From an uncultured Alphaproteobacteria bacterium (lineage in GTDB: Bacteria; Pseudomonadota; Alphaproteobacteria; Paracaedibacterales; CAITNM01): 64,000 bases of DNA. The translations under genes were made by a program, and so were the position numbers. The stretch lies in the NCBI GenBank assembly GCA_903893805.1, contig CAITNM010000046.1, positions 70,437 through 134,436 on the forward strand, given 5' to 3'. The notes under the pieces were generated by a model. That model made no database searches. It was not told where the DNA came from and saw only the letters and a program-made list of their open reading frames with translations. The first letter of the stretch is position 1. Every line of letters starts with the position of its first letter. Positions 50,197 to 62,975 of the stretch are shown here, in pieces.

Positions 50197-51687
50197 TTAG
50201 GCTTCGAAGTTGCGGCTTAAAAATTCATTAAGCAAACGAACGCCGTAGCCTGTAGCACCCTTCCCAGTTAATGGCTTGTCCGCCTTATCCCAAGCCATGC
50301 CAGCAATGTCTAAATGCGCCCATGGTGTTTTGTTGACAAAGCGTTCAAGAAAGTGGGCTGCGGTAATACTACCCGCACCACGACCAGAGCCTACGTTTTT
50401 CACATCGGCAACATCGGAATTAATGTCCTTGTCGTAGGCTTTCCCCATAGGCAGACGCCACAACGGCTCACCCACTGCTGTGCCCGCATCTGTAAGCATA
50501 TCGCAAAGCTTATCGTCGTTACTAAACAACCCTGCGTATTCGTAGCCTAACGCTACTGTAATAGCTCCGGTTAGAGTTGCGAGATCTATCATGTATTGAG
50601 GTTTGAATTTATCTTGGGTGTACCAAAGAGCATCGGCTAGGACTAGGCGTCCCTCTGCGTCGGTGTTTAGTATTTCAATAGTTTGTCCTGAAAGGGAAGT
50701 TACCACATCAGACGGACGTTGTGCTGCACCCGATGGCATATTTTCAGCCAATGCCATAACGCCAATGACATTTACTTTGGCTTTGCGAAGAGCCAATGAC
50801 TTAATAAGTCCTAGCACAACGCCCGAGCCTGCCATGTCATATTTCATGTCTTCCATACCGTTGGATGGTTTGATGTTGATGCCGCCGGTATCAAACGTGA
50901 CACCTTTGCCAACTACAGCGATAGGCTTGTCAGTCTTTTTGCCACCCATCCATTTCATAACAACTAGCTGAGATTCACGAATGCTTCCCTGCCCTACGCC
51001 AAGTAATGCGCCAAAACCTAGTTTGGTCATTTCTTTTTCACCAAGCACGTCAACCTTCACGCCAAATTTGCTTAGCTCTTTTGCGTATTTAGCCATTGAT
51101 TCTGGGTAAACTACGTTTGGTGGTTCAGACACAACTAACCTAGTTAGGTGGTTACCCTTGGCAATAGCGGCAAGTTTGTCAAAAGCTTCTTGGGATTTTT
51201 TAGCACTAGTACTTACAAATACTAGCTCATCAAGAACGGGAATTTCATCTTTTTTGCGTTTAGTTTTGTATTTGTCGAAAGCCCAAGAGCGAATGAATGC
51301 ACCTGATGCAACGTACGCTATGAATTCCTCTGGTGTGTGACCTTTCACCCCTGGAATATCAGACAAATCGATAACTGCTTTTTTTTCACGAAGACCATTT
51401 AGGCAAGAAAAAATTCTTGCTCCAATTTTTTCTAAGGTTAGTGGGGTGTGCTTTTTAGCATCTCCAAGACCTACTAGCACGACTTGGCCATCGCGCCCAG
51501 TCACTGAGGGAATGCGCAAAAGCTTTTCAGCTTTTCCTTTAAATTCAACATTGCCTACGGCTGCTTTTACTGAACCATTTGCAAGCTTATCAAGTGCTTT
51601 AGTAACATTTCCAAAATTTCCATCTTCATAAACGCCAGCAATGAATAAACTATTTTTAGGCGCTTTATCTGCGAATGTTATTTTCAT
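50197..51687 (-). CDS. pepA: leucyl aminopeptidase (M17)
   Basis: VGKGVTFDTGG, NTDAEGRLVLADAL, and DIAG near the C-terminus. Confidence 0.93.
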   Translation of the reverse strand: MKITFADKAPKNSLFIAGVYEDGNFGNVTKALDKLANGSVKAAVGNVEFKGKAEKLLRIPSVTGRDGQVVLVGLGDAKKHTPLTLEKIGARIFSCLNGLREKKAVIDLSDIPGVKGHTPEEFIAYVASGAFIRSWAFDKYKTKRKKDEIPVLDELVFVSTSAKKSQEAFDKLAAIAKGNHLTRLVVSEPPNVVYPESMAKYAKELSKFGVKVDVLGEKEMTKLGFGALLGVGQGSIRESQLVVMKWMGGKKTDKPIAVVGKGVTFDTGGINIKPSNGMEDMKYDMAGSGVVLGLIKSLALRKAKVNVIGVMALAENMPSGAAQRPSDVVTSLSGQTIEILNTDAEGRLVLADALWYTQDKFKPQYMIDLATLTGAITVALGYEYAGLFSNDDKLCDMLTDAGTAVGEPLWRLPMGKAYDKDINSDVADVKNVGSGRGAGSITAAHFLERFVNKTPWAHLDIAGMAWDKADKPLTGKGATGYGVRLLNEFLSRNFEA

Positions 51688-53990
51688 GATTGGTCCTTTT
51701 GTTGTTTAAGTAATCTTGCTTTGGAAACCGCAATCGCTGCAAGGTTCACCAGTGTTCTTGGCCGAGCCGATGGAGTACAAATATGAGCTGATTCTTTGAT
51801 ACCCATAAGAATCGGGCCAATAGTTTGTCCGTTTGCCAAAACTTTTATTGTGTTTAAAGCCACATTAGCTACATCAAGGCTAGGCATCACTAACAGGTTA
51901 GCCGAACCTTTTAGGGTATTACCAGGGAATATACGAGCACGAATTTTTTCATCCAAAGCAGCATCTACATGCATTTCCCCTTCGACTTCAAGTTCTGGCG
52001 CAAGGTCACGGATAATTTCCATTGCTTGGCGCATTTTCTTAGCCTGGGGGTGAACGCCCGCACCAAAATTAGAATACGATACTAATGCCGCCTTAGGCTT
52101 TATTCCAAATAACATAATTTGCTCTGCCGCCATGATTGTAATTTCAGCAAGTTGTTGGGCTGTCGGATCAATATTTACGTATGGATCTGTGATAAAGAGG
52201 ATGCCTCGTTCAATTTTGGGATTATCTATGGCAATAGCTGAAAGTGCAGCACAGCGGTGCTGATTTTTAGCAATACCTAATATTTCCATAATAGGAATAA
52301 GGTGATCCCGATAACTGCCATAACATCCACAAATCATGGTATCTGCATCGCCAAGATGCAACATCATGGCAGCAATAACTGTCGTATTTGTACGCATAAC
52401 CTCTTTTGCATTATCAGGAGTAATTCCCTTACGAGCCATAATTTCATGGTAGGCCTGCCAATAGGTTTTATATCTTGAATCCTCTTGTGGATTAATTACT
52501 TCAAAATCAATATTTGCTTGAAGTCGTAATCCAAATTGCTTAATACGCATTTCAATAACTTCGGGACGGCCAATAAGCAGTACACGCGCAATTTTTTCGT
52601 CGCGAATAGTTTGAACGGCTTGTAAAACTCTTTCATCTTCGCCTTCTGAAAATACAAGACGTGTATCATCACCAAAAGCTTTTGCCGCTGCAAAAATAGG
52701 ACGCATCACCATGCCAGAACGATAAATAGCTTCTTTTAATTGAGTACGATAAGCCTCCCAATCAGTTATAGGGCGTGTTGCAACACCACAATCAACAGCA
52801 GCTCGAGCCACTGCGTAAGATAGCTCAACATACAAACGTCTATCAAATGGCTTAGGGATAATATAATCACGGCCAAAAGTGAAAGTTTCGCCGCCATATG
52901 CAGCCACTACCAGGTCATTACTTTCAGCTTTTGCAATACGCGCAATCGCTTCTACGCAAGCCACTTTCATTTCATGGTTAATACAAGTAGCCCCAACATC
53001 TAACGCGCCCCTGAATATGTACGGGAAGCAAACAGCATTGTTCACCTGATTAGGGTAGTCTGTCCTGCCTGTTGCCATGATTGCATCGTCGCGAACACTA
53101 TGCACAACCACTGGTCGAATTTCAGGCTCAGGGTTTGCTAACGCAAAAATAATAGGGTTTGGCGCCATCGACTTTGCCATTTCAGCAGTCATCACACCAG
53201 CACTTGAAAGCCCAAGGAATGCATCAGCATTTTTCAAAGCCTCAGCTAAAGTGCGCAATGGTGTATCGGCCGCTAAAGCTTCTTTTGATGGATCTAGATC
53301 TTCTCGCCCTTTAAAAATAACGCCATCCCGGTCAATGACAATTAAATTTTCACGACGCAGGCCCAATTTTATAAGCAATTCAAGGCAAGCAACCGCAGAT
53401 GCACCTGCGCCACTTGCCACCATTTTTATGGTATCAATTGATTTACCTGCTAATTCAAGGGCATTTTTCATGGCGGCATTCACAATAATTGCGGTGCCGT
53501 GTTGGTCATCATGCAAAACGGGAATATTTACTCTTTTGGCAAGCTCGCGCTCTACGTAAAAACACTCTGGGGCCTTAATATCTTCAAGGTTTATTCCGCC
53601 GAAAGTTGGCTCTAGTGCTGCAATAATATCAACAAGTTTTTGAGGATCAGTTTCATTAATTTCAATATCAAACGCGTCAATACCAGCAAATTTCTTAAAA
53701 AGAATGGCTTTGCTTTCCATAACTGGTTTAGCGGCTAAGGGTCCAATATTTCCAAGCCCCAATACAGCAGTGCCATTAGTTATAACGGCAACTAAATTGC
53801 CGCGTATAGTATACTCTGCCGCTTTTAATGGATCTCTGGCTATTTCCAAACAAGGCTCAGCAACACCAGGTGAATAAGCCAAAGCCAGATCATGGGGATT
53901 GGTAAGAGGCTTAGTCGCAACAATTTCCAATTTACCTTTTGGATGTTGTGAATGGTAGCGTAGAGATTGTTCGTAGATAGTACGCGGCAT
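51684..53990 (-). CDS. maeB: NADP-dependent malic enzyme with phosphotransacetylase-like C-terminal domain
   Basis: [20 protein letters not shown] and GAGASA in the N-terminal half, plus a PTA-like C-terminal half. 768 aa. ATGA overlap with pepA. Confidence 0.93.
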   Translation of the reverse strand: MPRTIYEQSLRYHSQHPKGKLEIVATKPLTNPHDLALAYSPGVAEPCLEIARDPLKAAEYTIRGNLVAVITNGTAVLGLGNIGPLAAKPVMESKAILFKKFAGIDAFDIEINETDPQKLVDIIAALEPTFGGINLEDIKAPECFYVERELAKRVNIPVLHDDQHGTAIIVNAAMKNALELAGKSIDTIKMVASGAGASAVACLELLIKLGLRRENLIVIDRDGVIFKGREDLDPSKEALAADTPLRTLAEALKNADAFLGLSSAGVMTAEMAKSMAPNPIIFALANPEPEIRPVVVHSVRDDAIMATGRTDYPNQVNNAVCFPYIFRGALDVGATCINHEMKVACVEAIARIAKAESNDLVVAAYGGETFTFGRDYIIPKPFDRRLYVELSYAVARAAVDCGVATRPITDWEAYRTQLKEAIYRSGMVMRPIFAAAKAFGDDTRLVFSEGEDERVLQAVQTIRDEKIARVLLIGRPEVIEMRIKQFGLRLQANIDFEVINPQEDSRYKTYWQAYHEIMARKGITPDNAKEVMRTNTTVIAAMMLHLGDADTMICGCYGSYRDHLIPIMEILGIAKNQHRCAALSAIAIDNPKIERGILFITDPYVNIDPTAQQLAEITIMAAEQIMLFGIKPKAALVSYSNFGAGVHPQAKKMRQAMEIIRDLAPELEVEGEMHVDAALDEKIRARIFPGNTLKGSANLLVMPSLDVANVALNTIKVLANGQTIGPILMGIKESAHICTPSARPRTLVNLAAIAVSKARLLKQQKDQS

Positions 53991-53993
53991 AAT

Positions 53994-55946
53994 TTATTGC
54001 TTACTCAAAAGTGCTTTTACTCTTTTTACCACGATATCAGCTGTTATGCCAAAATGTGTATACAAATCATCAGCCGGTGCTGATGCTCCGAATGAATTAA
54101 TCCCAACAAATTCACCTCTTTCGCCTAAATACTTTGGCCAAACGCCTTCGCAAGCAGCTTCTATAGCGACACGAATACCCTTACCCAAAACCTGATTTCT
54201 ATACTCAACTGGTTGTTTTTCAAACAATTCCATGCATGGCATAGACACAACTCGAACCGGCGTATTCATTGCCATTAGAGCATTTGCTGCTTCAACAGCA
54301 ATTGAAACCTCAGAACCGGTAGAAATTAATGTAATTTGCGCTCCTGGTTTTTCAATCAGTATGTAGCCACCCTTTGCGCAGGCATTTTCAAAATGATTTG
54401 TCCGTAAATCACTAAGGTATGGAAGGTTCTGGCGAGTCAACACTAACACTGACGGAGTATTTCTATTCTGCACAGCTAGCTGCCAGCATTCGGCAACTTC
54501 TGTAGCATCCATCGGACGGAAAGTTAAAACATTTGGAATACAGCGCAAATGAGCTAAATGTTCAATAGGCTGATGCGTTGGTCCATCTTCCCCTAAGCCA
54601 ATAGAATCATGTGTTAATACATAAATCACGCCCTGCTTCATTATGGCCGATAAACGCAAAGCTGGTTTTAAATAATCTAAGAAAACTAAAAAAGTACCGC
54701 CGTAAGGAATAAATACTTTTGAGAGACTTAGGCCGTTCATAATGGCTGCCATAGCGTGCTCACGCACTCCATAATGAATATAATTCCCTGTGTAGTCACT
54801 AGCTATTACAGTTTTTTGTGCTTTTGTCTTTGTGTTATTTGAACCTGTTAAATCAGCTGATCCGCCAATTAAAGAAGAACACGTTACAATTGCTTCTAAT
54901 ACCTGTTGTGAAAGCACTCGTGTTGCAAGCTTTGGCTTTTCATCTTTTACCTTTTGCTTGTAAGTATCAATAGCTTTAGTAATATCAACTGTTGGTTCTT
55001 GCAATTTTTTCTGAATTTCAATTGAGGTTTGTTTTTTCCACTGTTCGTATACTGCTTGATGACACGCACCTATAGCACGCCAGGCGTTGATAATATTATC
55101 AGGAATCACAAATGGTTCATGGGGCCAATTCAAAGCAGCACGCGTAGCTTGTATTTCTGCACTCCCCAAAGGCGAACCATGTACTCCACTTGTATTTGCT
55201 TTATTAGGCGAACCAAAACCAATAGTAGTTTTGCATGCAATCAAGCTTGGTTTATTGCTAGCTTTTGCCCGGGAAATTGCGCCATCAATGGCGTTATTAT
55301 CGTGCCCATCAATTCGTTCCGCATTCCAACCATATGCCTGAAACCGCATAAGCGAATTGTCACCAAATGATAAATCAGTTTTTCCATCAATGCTGATGCC
55401 GTTGTCATCGTACAAAACAATTAGTTTGTTTAAGCACAGGTGCCCAGCAAGGGATGCTGCTTCATGGCTAATACCCTCCATTAGGTCACCATCACTGGCA
55501 ATAACATAAGTGTAATGGTTAATCGCATCACCATGGGTTGCATTCAACATTCGTTCAGCAATCGCCATACCCACAGCAGTAGCAATACCCTGGCCCAATG
55601 GCCCTGTTGTCATTTCCACACCAGATAAATGCCCGTATTCTGGATGACCTGCAGTTTTTGAACCCAGCTGACGAAAATTCTTAAGCTGCTCCAGCGTGGC
55701 ATCTGGATACCCTGTTAAGTACAAAAGGCTATACAGCAACATTGACCCATGACCCGCTGATAACACAAACCTGTCACGGTTTGCCCAGTCAGCATCTTGC
55801 GGGTTAAACACCAAATGCCTTTCAAACAAAACCGTTGCCACATCGGCCATTCCCATGGGCATACCAGGGTGACCTGAATTTGCTTTTTCAACAGCATCAA
55901 TACTTAAAAAACGAATGGCATTAGACAGATCATGAAATGTGGTCAT
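53994..55946 (-). CDS. tkt: transketolase
   Basis: SGHPG, the thiamine-diphosphate motif [13 protein letters not shown] (here [13 protein letters not shown]), and [18 protein letters not shown]. Confidence 0.95.
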   Translation of the reverse strand: MTTFHDLSNAIRFLSIDAVEKANSGHPGMPMGMADVATVLFERHLVFNPQDADWANRDRFVLSAGHGSMLLYSLLYLTGYPDATLEQLKNFRQLGSKTAGHPEYGHLSGVEMTTGPLGQGIATAVGMAIAERMLNATHGDAINHYTYVIASDGDLMEGISHEAASLAGHLCLNKLIVLYDDNGISIDGKTDLSFGDNSLMRFQAYGWNAERIDGHDNNAIDGAISRAKASNKPSLIACKTTIGFGSPNKANTSGVHGSPLGSAEIQATRAALNWPHEPFVIPDNIINAWRAIGACHQAVYEQWKKQTSIEIQKKLQEPTVDITKAIDTYKQKVKDEKPKLATRVLSQQVLEAIVTCSSLIGGSADLTGSNNTKTKAQKTVIASDYTGNYIHYGVREHAMAAIMNGLSLSKVFIPYGGTFLVFLDYLKPALRLSAIMKQGVIYVLTHDSIGLGEDGPTHQPIEHLAHLRCIPNVLTFRPMDATEVAECWQLAVQNRNTPSVLVLTRQNLPYLSDLRTNHFENACAKGGYILIEKPGAQITLISTGSEVSIAVEAANALMAMNTPVRVVSMPCMELFEKQPVEYRNQVLGKGIRVAIEAACEGVWPKYLGERGEFVGINSFGASAPADDLYTHFGITADIVVKRVKALLSKQ

Positions 55947-56107
55947 TAGAGAAAATTCTTGAATGTATTCACGGCATTATGCCCAAGTTTAAAGACCAGG
56001 CCAAGGGATGAGGGATGTGTTGATACTAGTAATTCCATAGTGAACTGGAGAAAGGCTCTCTAGCATTCTAGTCATTTCGCTCTGAACTTAAACTTCTTCT
56101 GAAAAAA

Positions 56108-56320
56108 TTATTTTTTCCTGTTCCTAACGTATAATCTAAGCAGCACACCCACCAAAAATACGGTTAGGGAATATAACGTCATTTCAATGCTAATGGAACT
56201 TAAAACACAAAAGCAAAAGGCCGTGGAGGCAATGCCCAACAACCAATGCTTTGGTTTTGAATGCTCATAGTCTTTTAAAAATTTCATATAGGCCAATGTA
56301 CATACCAAATACGCAAACAA
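56108..56320 (-). pseudogene. duplicated 3' fragment of the APC permease gene
   Basis: About 213 bp align with 56996-57208, including the stop codon, at roughly 90% identity by eye. The ORF 56108-56332 translation matches the permease C-terminus (TLAYMKFLKDYEHSKPKHWLLGIASTAFCF.VLSSISIEMTLYSLTVFLVGV). Confidence 0.8.
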
Positions 56321-56383
56321 CCAAATATGCATAAGGTGCTTTTGACTGGCTCTTTAATCAATAGTATTACATAAAACCTCTTG

Positions 56384-56938
56384 TTAACTCTGGCTTACTG
56401 TAAGTGGCTGCACGTCTCCAGCGTCTTTAGAAACAAACAGCTGTCTTGTGACCCAACCCCATTGTGGGTCATTGATCCGTTCTTCTACATATTGGTTGTG
56501 GGTGTATTGGGATATAACCCTTCTCCAGAATTTTACCGCTTGATCAGCGCCCTGAATTTGACGAACCTGCCACTGACCAGGATAGGTCGAGAAAATGGCT
56601 TGAGCAAATAGGTACCCGAGGTTTTTGCGTCGCATCACTGGCACAATGTAATACTCCGATATGTCCTTCGGATTAGATTCTGGATTAAGGATGCAAAATC
56701 CTATAGGAAAATTATCGTAGTAAAAAATATAGCCAACATATGGCTTGAATGGCATAGTATCTAACTTAAATATACCGTCGTCACTTGGCATTTTACCTGT
56801 AAGAGACGAAAATTCTGCTTCATAAGCTTGCGCCAGATTTAACAGAGAGCCCAGATTTTCCTGATTTACCTCAGCTATCGCTAGGCTTCTGGATTCTATT
56901 GGTATTTCGAGCCTACTGTCATCTGAAGAAAAAATCAT
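56384..56938 (-). CDS. GNAT family N-acetyltransferase
   Basis: 184 aa. Motif A-like VMRRKNLGYLFAQAIF (R-x-x-G-x-G/A-type acetyl-CoA loop). Confidence 0.65.
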   Translation of the reverse strand: MIFSSDDSRLEIPIESRSLAIAEVNQENLGSLLNLAQAYEAEFSSLTGKMPSDDGIFKLDTMPFKPYVGYIFYYDNFPIGFCILNPESNPKDISEYYIVPVMRRKNLGYLFAQAIFSTYPGQWQVRQIQGADQAVKFWRRVISQYTHNQYVEERINDPQWGWVTRQLFVSKDAGDVQPLTVSQS

Positions 56939-56995
56939 CTAAGAAAATCCTTTCGTGAATTACAGCTTGGATTAAACCCACTGAATAAAGGGGAA

Positions 56996-58261
56996 TTATC
57001 TATCCCTGTTCTTAACATACAGCCGAAGCGGCACGCCCACCAAAAATACGGTTAAAGAATACAGCGTCATTTCAATGCTAATGGAACTTAAAACCCAAAA
57101 ACAAAAAGCCGTAGAGGCAATGCCCAACAACCAATGTTTTGGTTTTGAATGCTCATAGTCTTTTAAAAATTTCATATAAGCCAATGTACATGCCAAATAC
57201 ACAATCAAAATGAGCGATGAACTAATTGAAACCACAAAATTAAACTGTTCTATCAAGCTTTCGCTCAATGAAAGCATCATGAAAGGAATTGTGCACATTG
57301 AAGAAATAATAATAGCTGCACTGGGTGAACCGCATTTATCTGTTTTTAAAAATATTTTTGGAAATATTCCATCTTTTGCAGCGCCATATGCAATGCGTCC
57401 ACCAATAAGCATCCACCCGTTTAGGGCACCTAATGCACATAAAATACCAGCACCTGCCACAAAATTTTGCCAATTTCCGCCGAATATGCATGCCGCCAAA
57501 TCAGCATAGGGCGCTTTTGACTGGACAAGTTGATCAAAAGGAATATGCCCCAAAATACTGACTGTGCCTAAAATATAAATACCAGCCGCAATTAACGTTC
57601 CCACAATCGTTGCTTTAGGAATGGTTTTGCGAGGATTTTCCACTTCTTCACTTGGAACAGTTGCCGTTTCAAACCCCATAAAAGCAAAAATCATTAGCAT
57701 TACAGATCCTGCAAGTGCAGAGCCATATGGCATATTAATTGGCGGGGCAGCAAACAGGTATTCAGACTTCACTGAAAATAACGCAATAACCGGTAACACA
57801 ATTAAAGGCAGCACCTTAACAATGGTCAAAACTAGCTCAACGCGCCCAGCAAAGGCAATTTTACATAAGTTAACCGCTGTAAATAATACAATGATCAGCA
57901 CCTCTAAAATCATCAGCGTGCTATTGGAAAGGGGGCCACAAATAGTGGTTAAGCAACCCATAGCTGCAGAAACCAACGCTGCATAGCCAACCCAAGCTAA
58001 AATCCAATAAACCCAAGCAATGTAAAAGCCTGCATCTTTTCCGAAAGCCTCTTCTACATATACATGCGGCCCACCGGTTCTTGGGTGTTTACTGCAAAGC
58101 TGGCAAAAAACTAAAGAAAGAAGAATGGCCCCAATGGAAGCCATAACCCAACCCGCAAATGATATAGACCCATAGGGCGCCAAAATTGCCGGCAGCATAA
58201 GTACGCCGCTACCAACTAAATTTCCAACTACCAAGGCAACAAGTTGCCAAAAACCAAGCAT
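56996..58261 (-). CDS. APC-superfamily amino acid permease
   Basis: 12-TM profile, N-terminal VGNLVGSGVLMLPA (GSG motif of APC transporters). Confidence 0.85.
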   Translation of the reverse strand: MLGFWQLVALVVGNLVGSGVLMLPAILAPYGSISFAGWVMASIGAILLSLVFCQLCSKHPRTGGPHVYVEEAFGKDAGFYIAWVYWILAWVGYAALVSAAMGCLTTICGPLSNSTLMILEVLIIVLFTAVNLCKIAFAGRVELVLTIVKVLPLIVLPVIALFSVKSEYLFAAPPINMPYGSALAGSVMLMIFAFMGFETATVPSEEVENPRKTIPKATIVGTLIAAGIYILGTVSILGHIPFDQLVQSKAPYADLAACIFGGNWQNFVAGAGILCALGALNGWMLIGGRIAYGAAKDGIFPKIFLKTDKCGSPSAAIIISSMCTIPFMMLSLSESLIEQFNFVVSISSSLILIVYLACTLAYMKFLKDYEHSKPKHWLLGIASTAFCFWVLSSISIEMTLYSLTVFLVGVPLRLYVKNRDR

Positions 58262-58610
58262 GATATTATTTATATTCTTTTATAACAGAGGGCAGTGTAC
58301 AAAAATCTCAACTATTTTGAAATCGAATAATTTAGGTGTATGCGTAAAACACAGATGTGTCGTAAGTAATGCCGTGATTTTTGAAAAATTCATACTCCTT
58401 CATATTCCTAAGATTTGAGGCGTTCTTTTAGTATTCTGCACATTTTGAATCTTCTTGGTTTAATCCATTTTCTTCTGATGGCTTTTCTTCTGATGTTTGC
58501 AAATATGCTAGAGGATGACAAAAGAAATCCAAGCAGACTGACAATAGTAATTAATTTAATAAAATCAGAATCCATGTCCAAGCCCCCTAGCAACGTTTCA
58601 ATTTTTTAAC

Positions 58611-59966
58611 TTACAAATGAGATATGTTTTTTAGCCACTTTTTCACTTCACGAACTTGTTGTTTGGCATCAAAATCATTCTCTTCATCAGCCTTTATACC
58701 CGAATAGCTATCGGCTTTATCAGCAGACACAAAGCTGTATAATCCAATCAAAGAAATTGAGGCTGCACCACACAATAAGGCACCTAAGCCATAAAAAGTT
58801 GTTACCTGATCACAGACATATGCTGTAAACAAGTACATTAAAGAATGTGAAAAGGCCCATACAAATAAGAGATTGGTATATCTACCAAATACAGGAAAGC
58901 TCTTATTAATGATTGGGGTATATGGGGTTAGCCCTTGCCCTAACACATTAACAATCACCTGAACAATAAAGATACTTAATACGGTGTGCTCTTTGTAAAA
59001 AAGCATTATTAAGGGAACGACGCATAACAAGGCTATTAATTTAAATTTTACAATTCGAAATGGGTGAATTTTCAACCCCAAAGCGCCATATCCAATTTCC
59101 GCGCACATCACAATAAACAAAACAAGCGTTGTTTGGGCCATAACCCAATTGGTCTCTACTTTTAGTTGATTCACTAATACAGAAGGAAGATAAGCCAAGC
59201 AAAAATAAAAAGACACGGCGGGGAAAAAGTACATAGCAAATAATGCTGGTATATTGCGGTTTTTATAATTAATAGATCCATAAAAATCAGCAGGGCGCTT
59301 TTTTTTCTCTCGAGAATGCAGTGTTTTTAAAAATTCAGGAGTCTCTTTTAGTGTTTTTCTTGCAATCGTTCCTAAGACGGCCACACCTGATCCTATATAA
59401 AAAGGTATTTTCCATCCATTCTCTGGGGAAAGAAAAATACATAAAGCACCAACTCCGCATGCTACAAGTCCTCCTAGCGAGCATGTAGCTTCGACGAGCG
59501 CACTATAAAAATATACTTTTGGCTTGGGAACTGTTTCTGTAATAAACACATCTGCCGCAATACACTCTCCTCCTGAAGCAAACCCTTGTACCAATCGCAT
59601 TGATAAAAATAACACCGCTGAGAGAGCGCCCCATTCGGCATATGGGGGAATATTAGGAATAATCAGGCATGAAATTGACATTAAAAACGTGGTAGAAATT
59701 AATACGGGCACTCGTCCAATGGTATCTCCTACATACCCCCAAAATAAAGCAGCTAAAGGGCGTATACAAAACGATGAGCAAAACATAAAAGCTGTCATCA
59801 AAACTTTGTGAGGAGAATCAGGAGGGATAAAAATCGTAGAAAGGACAACAGTTAAATGAACAGCTAAGAGCAAATCAAAAAAATCAAGAAAATTACCAAT
59901 CAGAACAATAGCTACTGATTTTTTTATTTCTTTAGGAAGAGCCGTATCTGCAGAGTTAACGCTCAT
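58611..59966 (-). CDS. MFS transporter (metabolite:H+ symporter-like)
   Basis: 12-TM profile, with GYVGDTIGRVP in loop 2-3 typical of MHS/ProP-like MFS carriers. Confidence 0.8.
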   Translation of the reverse strand: MSVNSADTALPKEIKKSVAIVLIGNFLDFFDLLLAVHLTVVLSTIFIPPDSPHKVLMTAFMFCSSFCIRPLAALFWGYVGDTIGRVPVLISTTFLMSISCLIIPNIPPYAEWGALSAVLFLSMRLVQGFASGGECIAADVFITETVPKPKVYFYSALVEATCSLGGLVACGVGALCIFLSPENGWKIPFYIGSGVAVLGTIARKTLKETPEFLKTLHSREKKKRPADFYGSINYKNRNIPALFAMYFFPAVSFYFCLAYLPSVLVNQLKVETNWVMAQTTLVLFIVMCAEIGYGALGLKIHPFRIVKFKLIALLCVVPLIMLFYKEHTVLSIFIVQVIVNVLGQGLTPYTPIINKSFPVFGRYTNLLFVWAFSHSLMYLFTAYVCDQVTTFYGLGALLCGAASISLIGLYSFVSADKADSYSGIKADEENDFDAKQQVREVKKWLKNISHL

Positions 59967-60191
59967 AATAGTATCTCCTCGTTTGCAAAATCACTTGAGG
60001 AAGCATTAAAAGTTACGTCTTATGCAAAATGCTTATAAAGATATAACTTGCTCCGCCGCTAACTTTTATCATTAAGCACCTCACATATAGTCCTGCAGTC
60101 AAAAATTGTCAAACAAGAAATTGTACCATTGATATAGTCACGCTATTTTGTTCTAATGAAGGTGTGGGTATTTTAAAAAATCTTTAAGAAA

Positions 60192-60848
60192 TTGTTTGAA
60201 AACTGTCCAAGTTTACTCCCCAAAGGAACAACTAAAAAGCTTGTTCTATTCTTGCATGGCTACGGATCAAACGGATCGGACCTACTTGAAATAGGACGCC
60301 TTTGGCAACCCAGCCTTGGCAATACTGCATTTCTTTCTCCTAATGCTATTGAGCCTTTGGAAAATCTTCCATTTGGTGATAGTTATCAATGGTTTGGATT
60401 GTCTGATTTTAATCCTTTGAATATTCGCGCAGGTCTTGATAAAGCGCGCCCCCATTTGAATCGATTTATTAAACGCGCATTAGCGGAATATAGACTGCTG
60501 CCATCAGACCTTATAATAGTGGGATTTTCTCAAGGCACAATGATGGCCTTAGATATGCTTTTCAGTATTTCCAAGCTAGGTGGAATCATTGGATATTCTG
60601 GCGCATTCTATCCACCTGCTAGAGCAAAACCCTTGTCACCTCCTCCAGTGCTTTTAGTTCATGGAACTGCAGATGTTGTCGTGCCGTATTCAGCAATGCA
60701 AGTAGCACAAACACAACTGCGCCAGCTAGACGTGAATGTCATGACAAAAACCTGCACAAACCTAGGTCATAGCATTGATGAATCTGGTCTAATGGCAGGG
60801 CTTGATTTTATTACACACCAACAACAAAACCAGCCTATAGCTTTGTAA
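60192..60848 (+). CDS. phospholipase/carboxylesterase family alpha/beta hydrolase
   Basis: LFLHGYGSNGSDL, nucleophile elbow GFSQGTMMA, LLVHGTADVVVP, C-terminal GHSI. TTG start. Confidence 0.8.
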   Translation: MFENCPSLLPKGTTKKLVLFLHGYGSNGSDLLEIGRLWQPSLGNTAFLSPNAIEPLENLPFGDSYQWFGLSDFNPLNIRAGLDKARPHLNRFIKRALAEYRLLPSDLIIVGFSQGTMMALDMLFSISKLGGIIGYSGAFYPPARAKPLSPPPVLLVHGTADVVVPYSAMQVAQTQLRQLDVNVMTKTCTNLGHSIDESGLMAGLDFITHQQQNQPIAL

Positions 60849-60854
60849 GGATAA

Positions 60855-61811
<957 letters not shown>

Positions 61812-62972
61812 ATGAACATTCATGAATATCAAGCCAAGAAACTACTAAGCGCATTTGATGTGCCCGTAGGCCAAGGAGAGGTTGCTGAAACTGCAGATGA
61901 AGCCGTTGTCGCAGCTCAAGAACTAGGTGGATCAGTTTGGGTAGTAAAAGCCCAAATCCATGCCGGTGGTCGAGGACTTGCTGGCGGCGTAAAAGTCTGT
62001 AAAAGCCTAGATGAAGTAAAAACATACGCAACATCACTGCTTGGCTCAACTTTAGTCACCCATCAAACGGGACCTTCGGGTCAAAAAGTTCGAAAAATCT
62101 ATGTAGAATCAGCAGCCAACATAGATAAAGAATTTTACTTAAGCCTTGTGCTTAATCGCAATACCAGCCAAGTTTGCATTATCGCCTCTGCCGAAGGTGG
62201 TACAGATATTGAAGAAATAGCTCAAAGCCACCCAAACAAAATTGTCAATCTAAGCATTCCTCCTGCAACAGGTATTCAAGGCTACCATGCAAGACGTGTG
62301 GCCACAGTATTTGGCATGATTGATAAATCAAAAGATGTATTACATCTGCTGCAGGGACTATATGAATTTTATGAAAGCTGTGACTGCAGCCTCATTGAAA
62401 TTAATCCATTGGTCCTAACTAAAGAAGGACCCCTTTTAGCGTTAGATGCCAAAGTTAGCTTTGATGATAATGCCCTGTATCGCCATGCATCAATTGTTGA
62501 ACTGAACGATCCTTTTGAAGAAGATGCGTCTGAAAGAGAAGCAAAAGCCCATGATCTTAGTTATGTAAAGCTAGATGGCACAATTGGCTGCCTGGTAAAT
62601 GGTGCAGGTCTTGCAATGGCCACCATGGATATTATTAAGCATTATGGCGGAGAACCAGCAAATTTTCTTGATGTCGGCGGTGGCGCAGACAAAGAACGCG
62701 TCAGTAAAGCCTTTCAAATTATTTTAAAAGACCAAGGCGTTAAAGCCATATTGGTAAATATTTTTGGCGGCATTATGCGCTGCGATATTATAGCCCAAGG
62801 CATTATTGCCGCCGCGTCTGAAATGAAATTAAACGTGCCGCTCATTGTGCGTTTACAAGGCACAAACAAAGACTTGGGCAAACAGCTGCTAAACGATTCA
62901 GGTTTAAATATAATTGCCGCTGATGGCTTAGACGAAGCTGCACAAAAAGCAGTTGCAGCTGTGAAAGGTTAA
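61812..62972 (+). CDS. sucC: succinyl-CoA synthetase beta subunit
   Basis: [34 protein letters not shown]. Confidence 0.95.
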   Translation: MNIHEYQAKKLLSAFDVPVGQGEVAETADEAVVAAQELGGSVWVVKAQIHAGGRGLAGGVKVCKSLDEVKTYATSLLGSTLVTHQTGPSGQKVRKIYVESAANIDKEFYLSLVLNRNTSQVCIIASAEGGTDIEEIAQSHPNKIVNLSIPPATGIQGYHARRVATVFGMIDKSKDVLHLLQGLYEFYESCDCSLIEINPLVLTKEGPLLALDAKVSFDDNALYRHASIVELNDPFEEDASEREAKAHDLSYVKLDGTIGCLVNGAGLAMATMDIIKHYGGEPANFLDVGGGADKERVSKAFQIILKDQGVKAILVNIFGGIMRCDIIAQGIIAAASEMKLNVPLIVRLQGTNKDLGKQLLNDSGLNIIAADGLDEAAQKAVAAVKG

Positions 62973-62975
62973 GCA

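Noticed and set aside
58408-58593. A 61-codon reverse-strand ORF (MDSDFIKLITIVSLLGFLLSSSSIFANIRRKAIRRK...) between the APC permease and the MFS transporter, with an overlapping + strand ORF.
   Set aside because: A single TM segment plus a basic tail is plausible for a small membrane protein. However, the start is non-ATG in the track, no Shine-Dalgarno sequence is evident, and an equally long ORF exists on the opposite strand. The evidence is insufficient.
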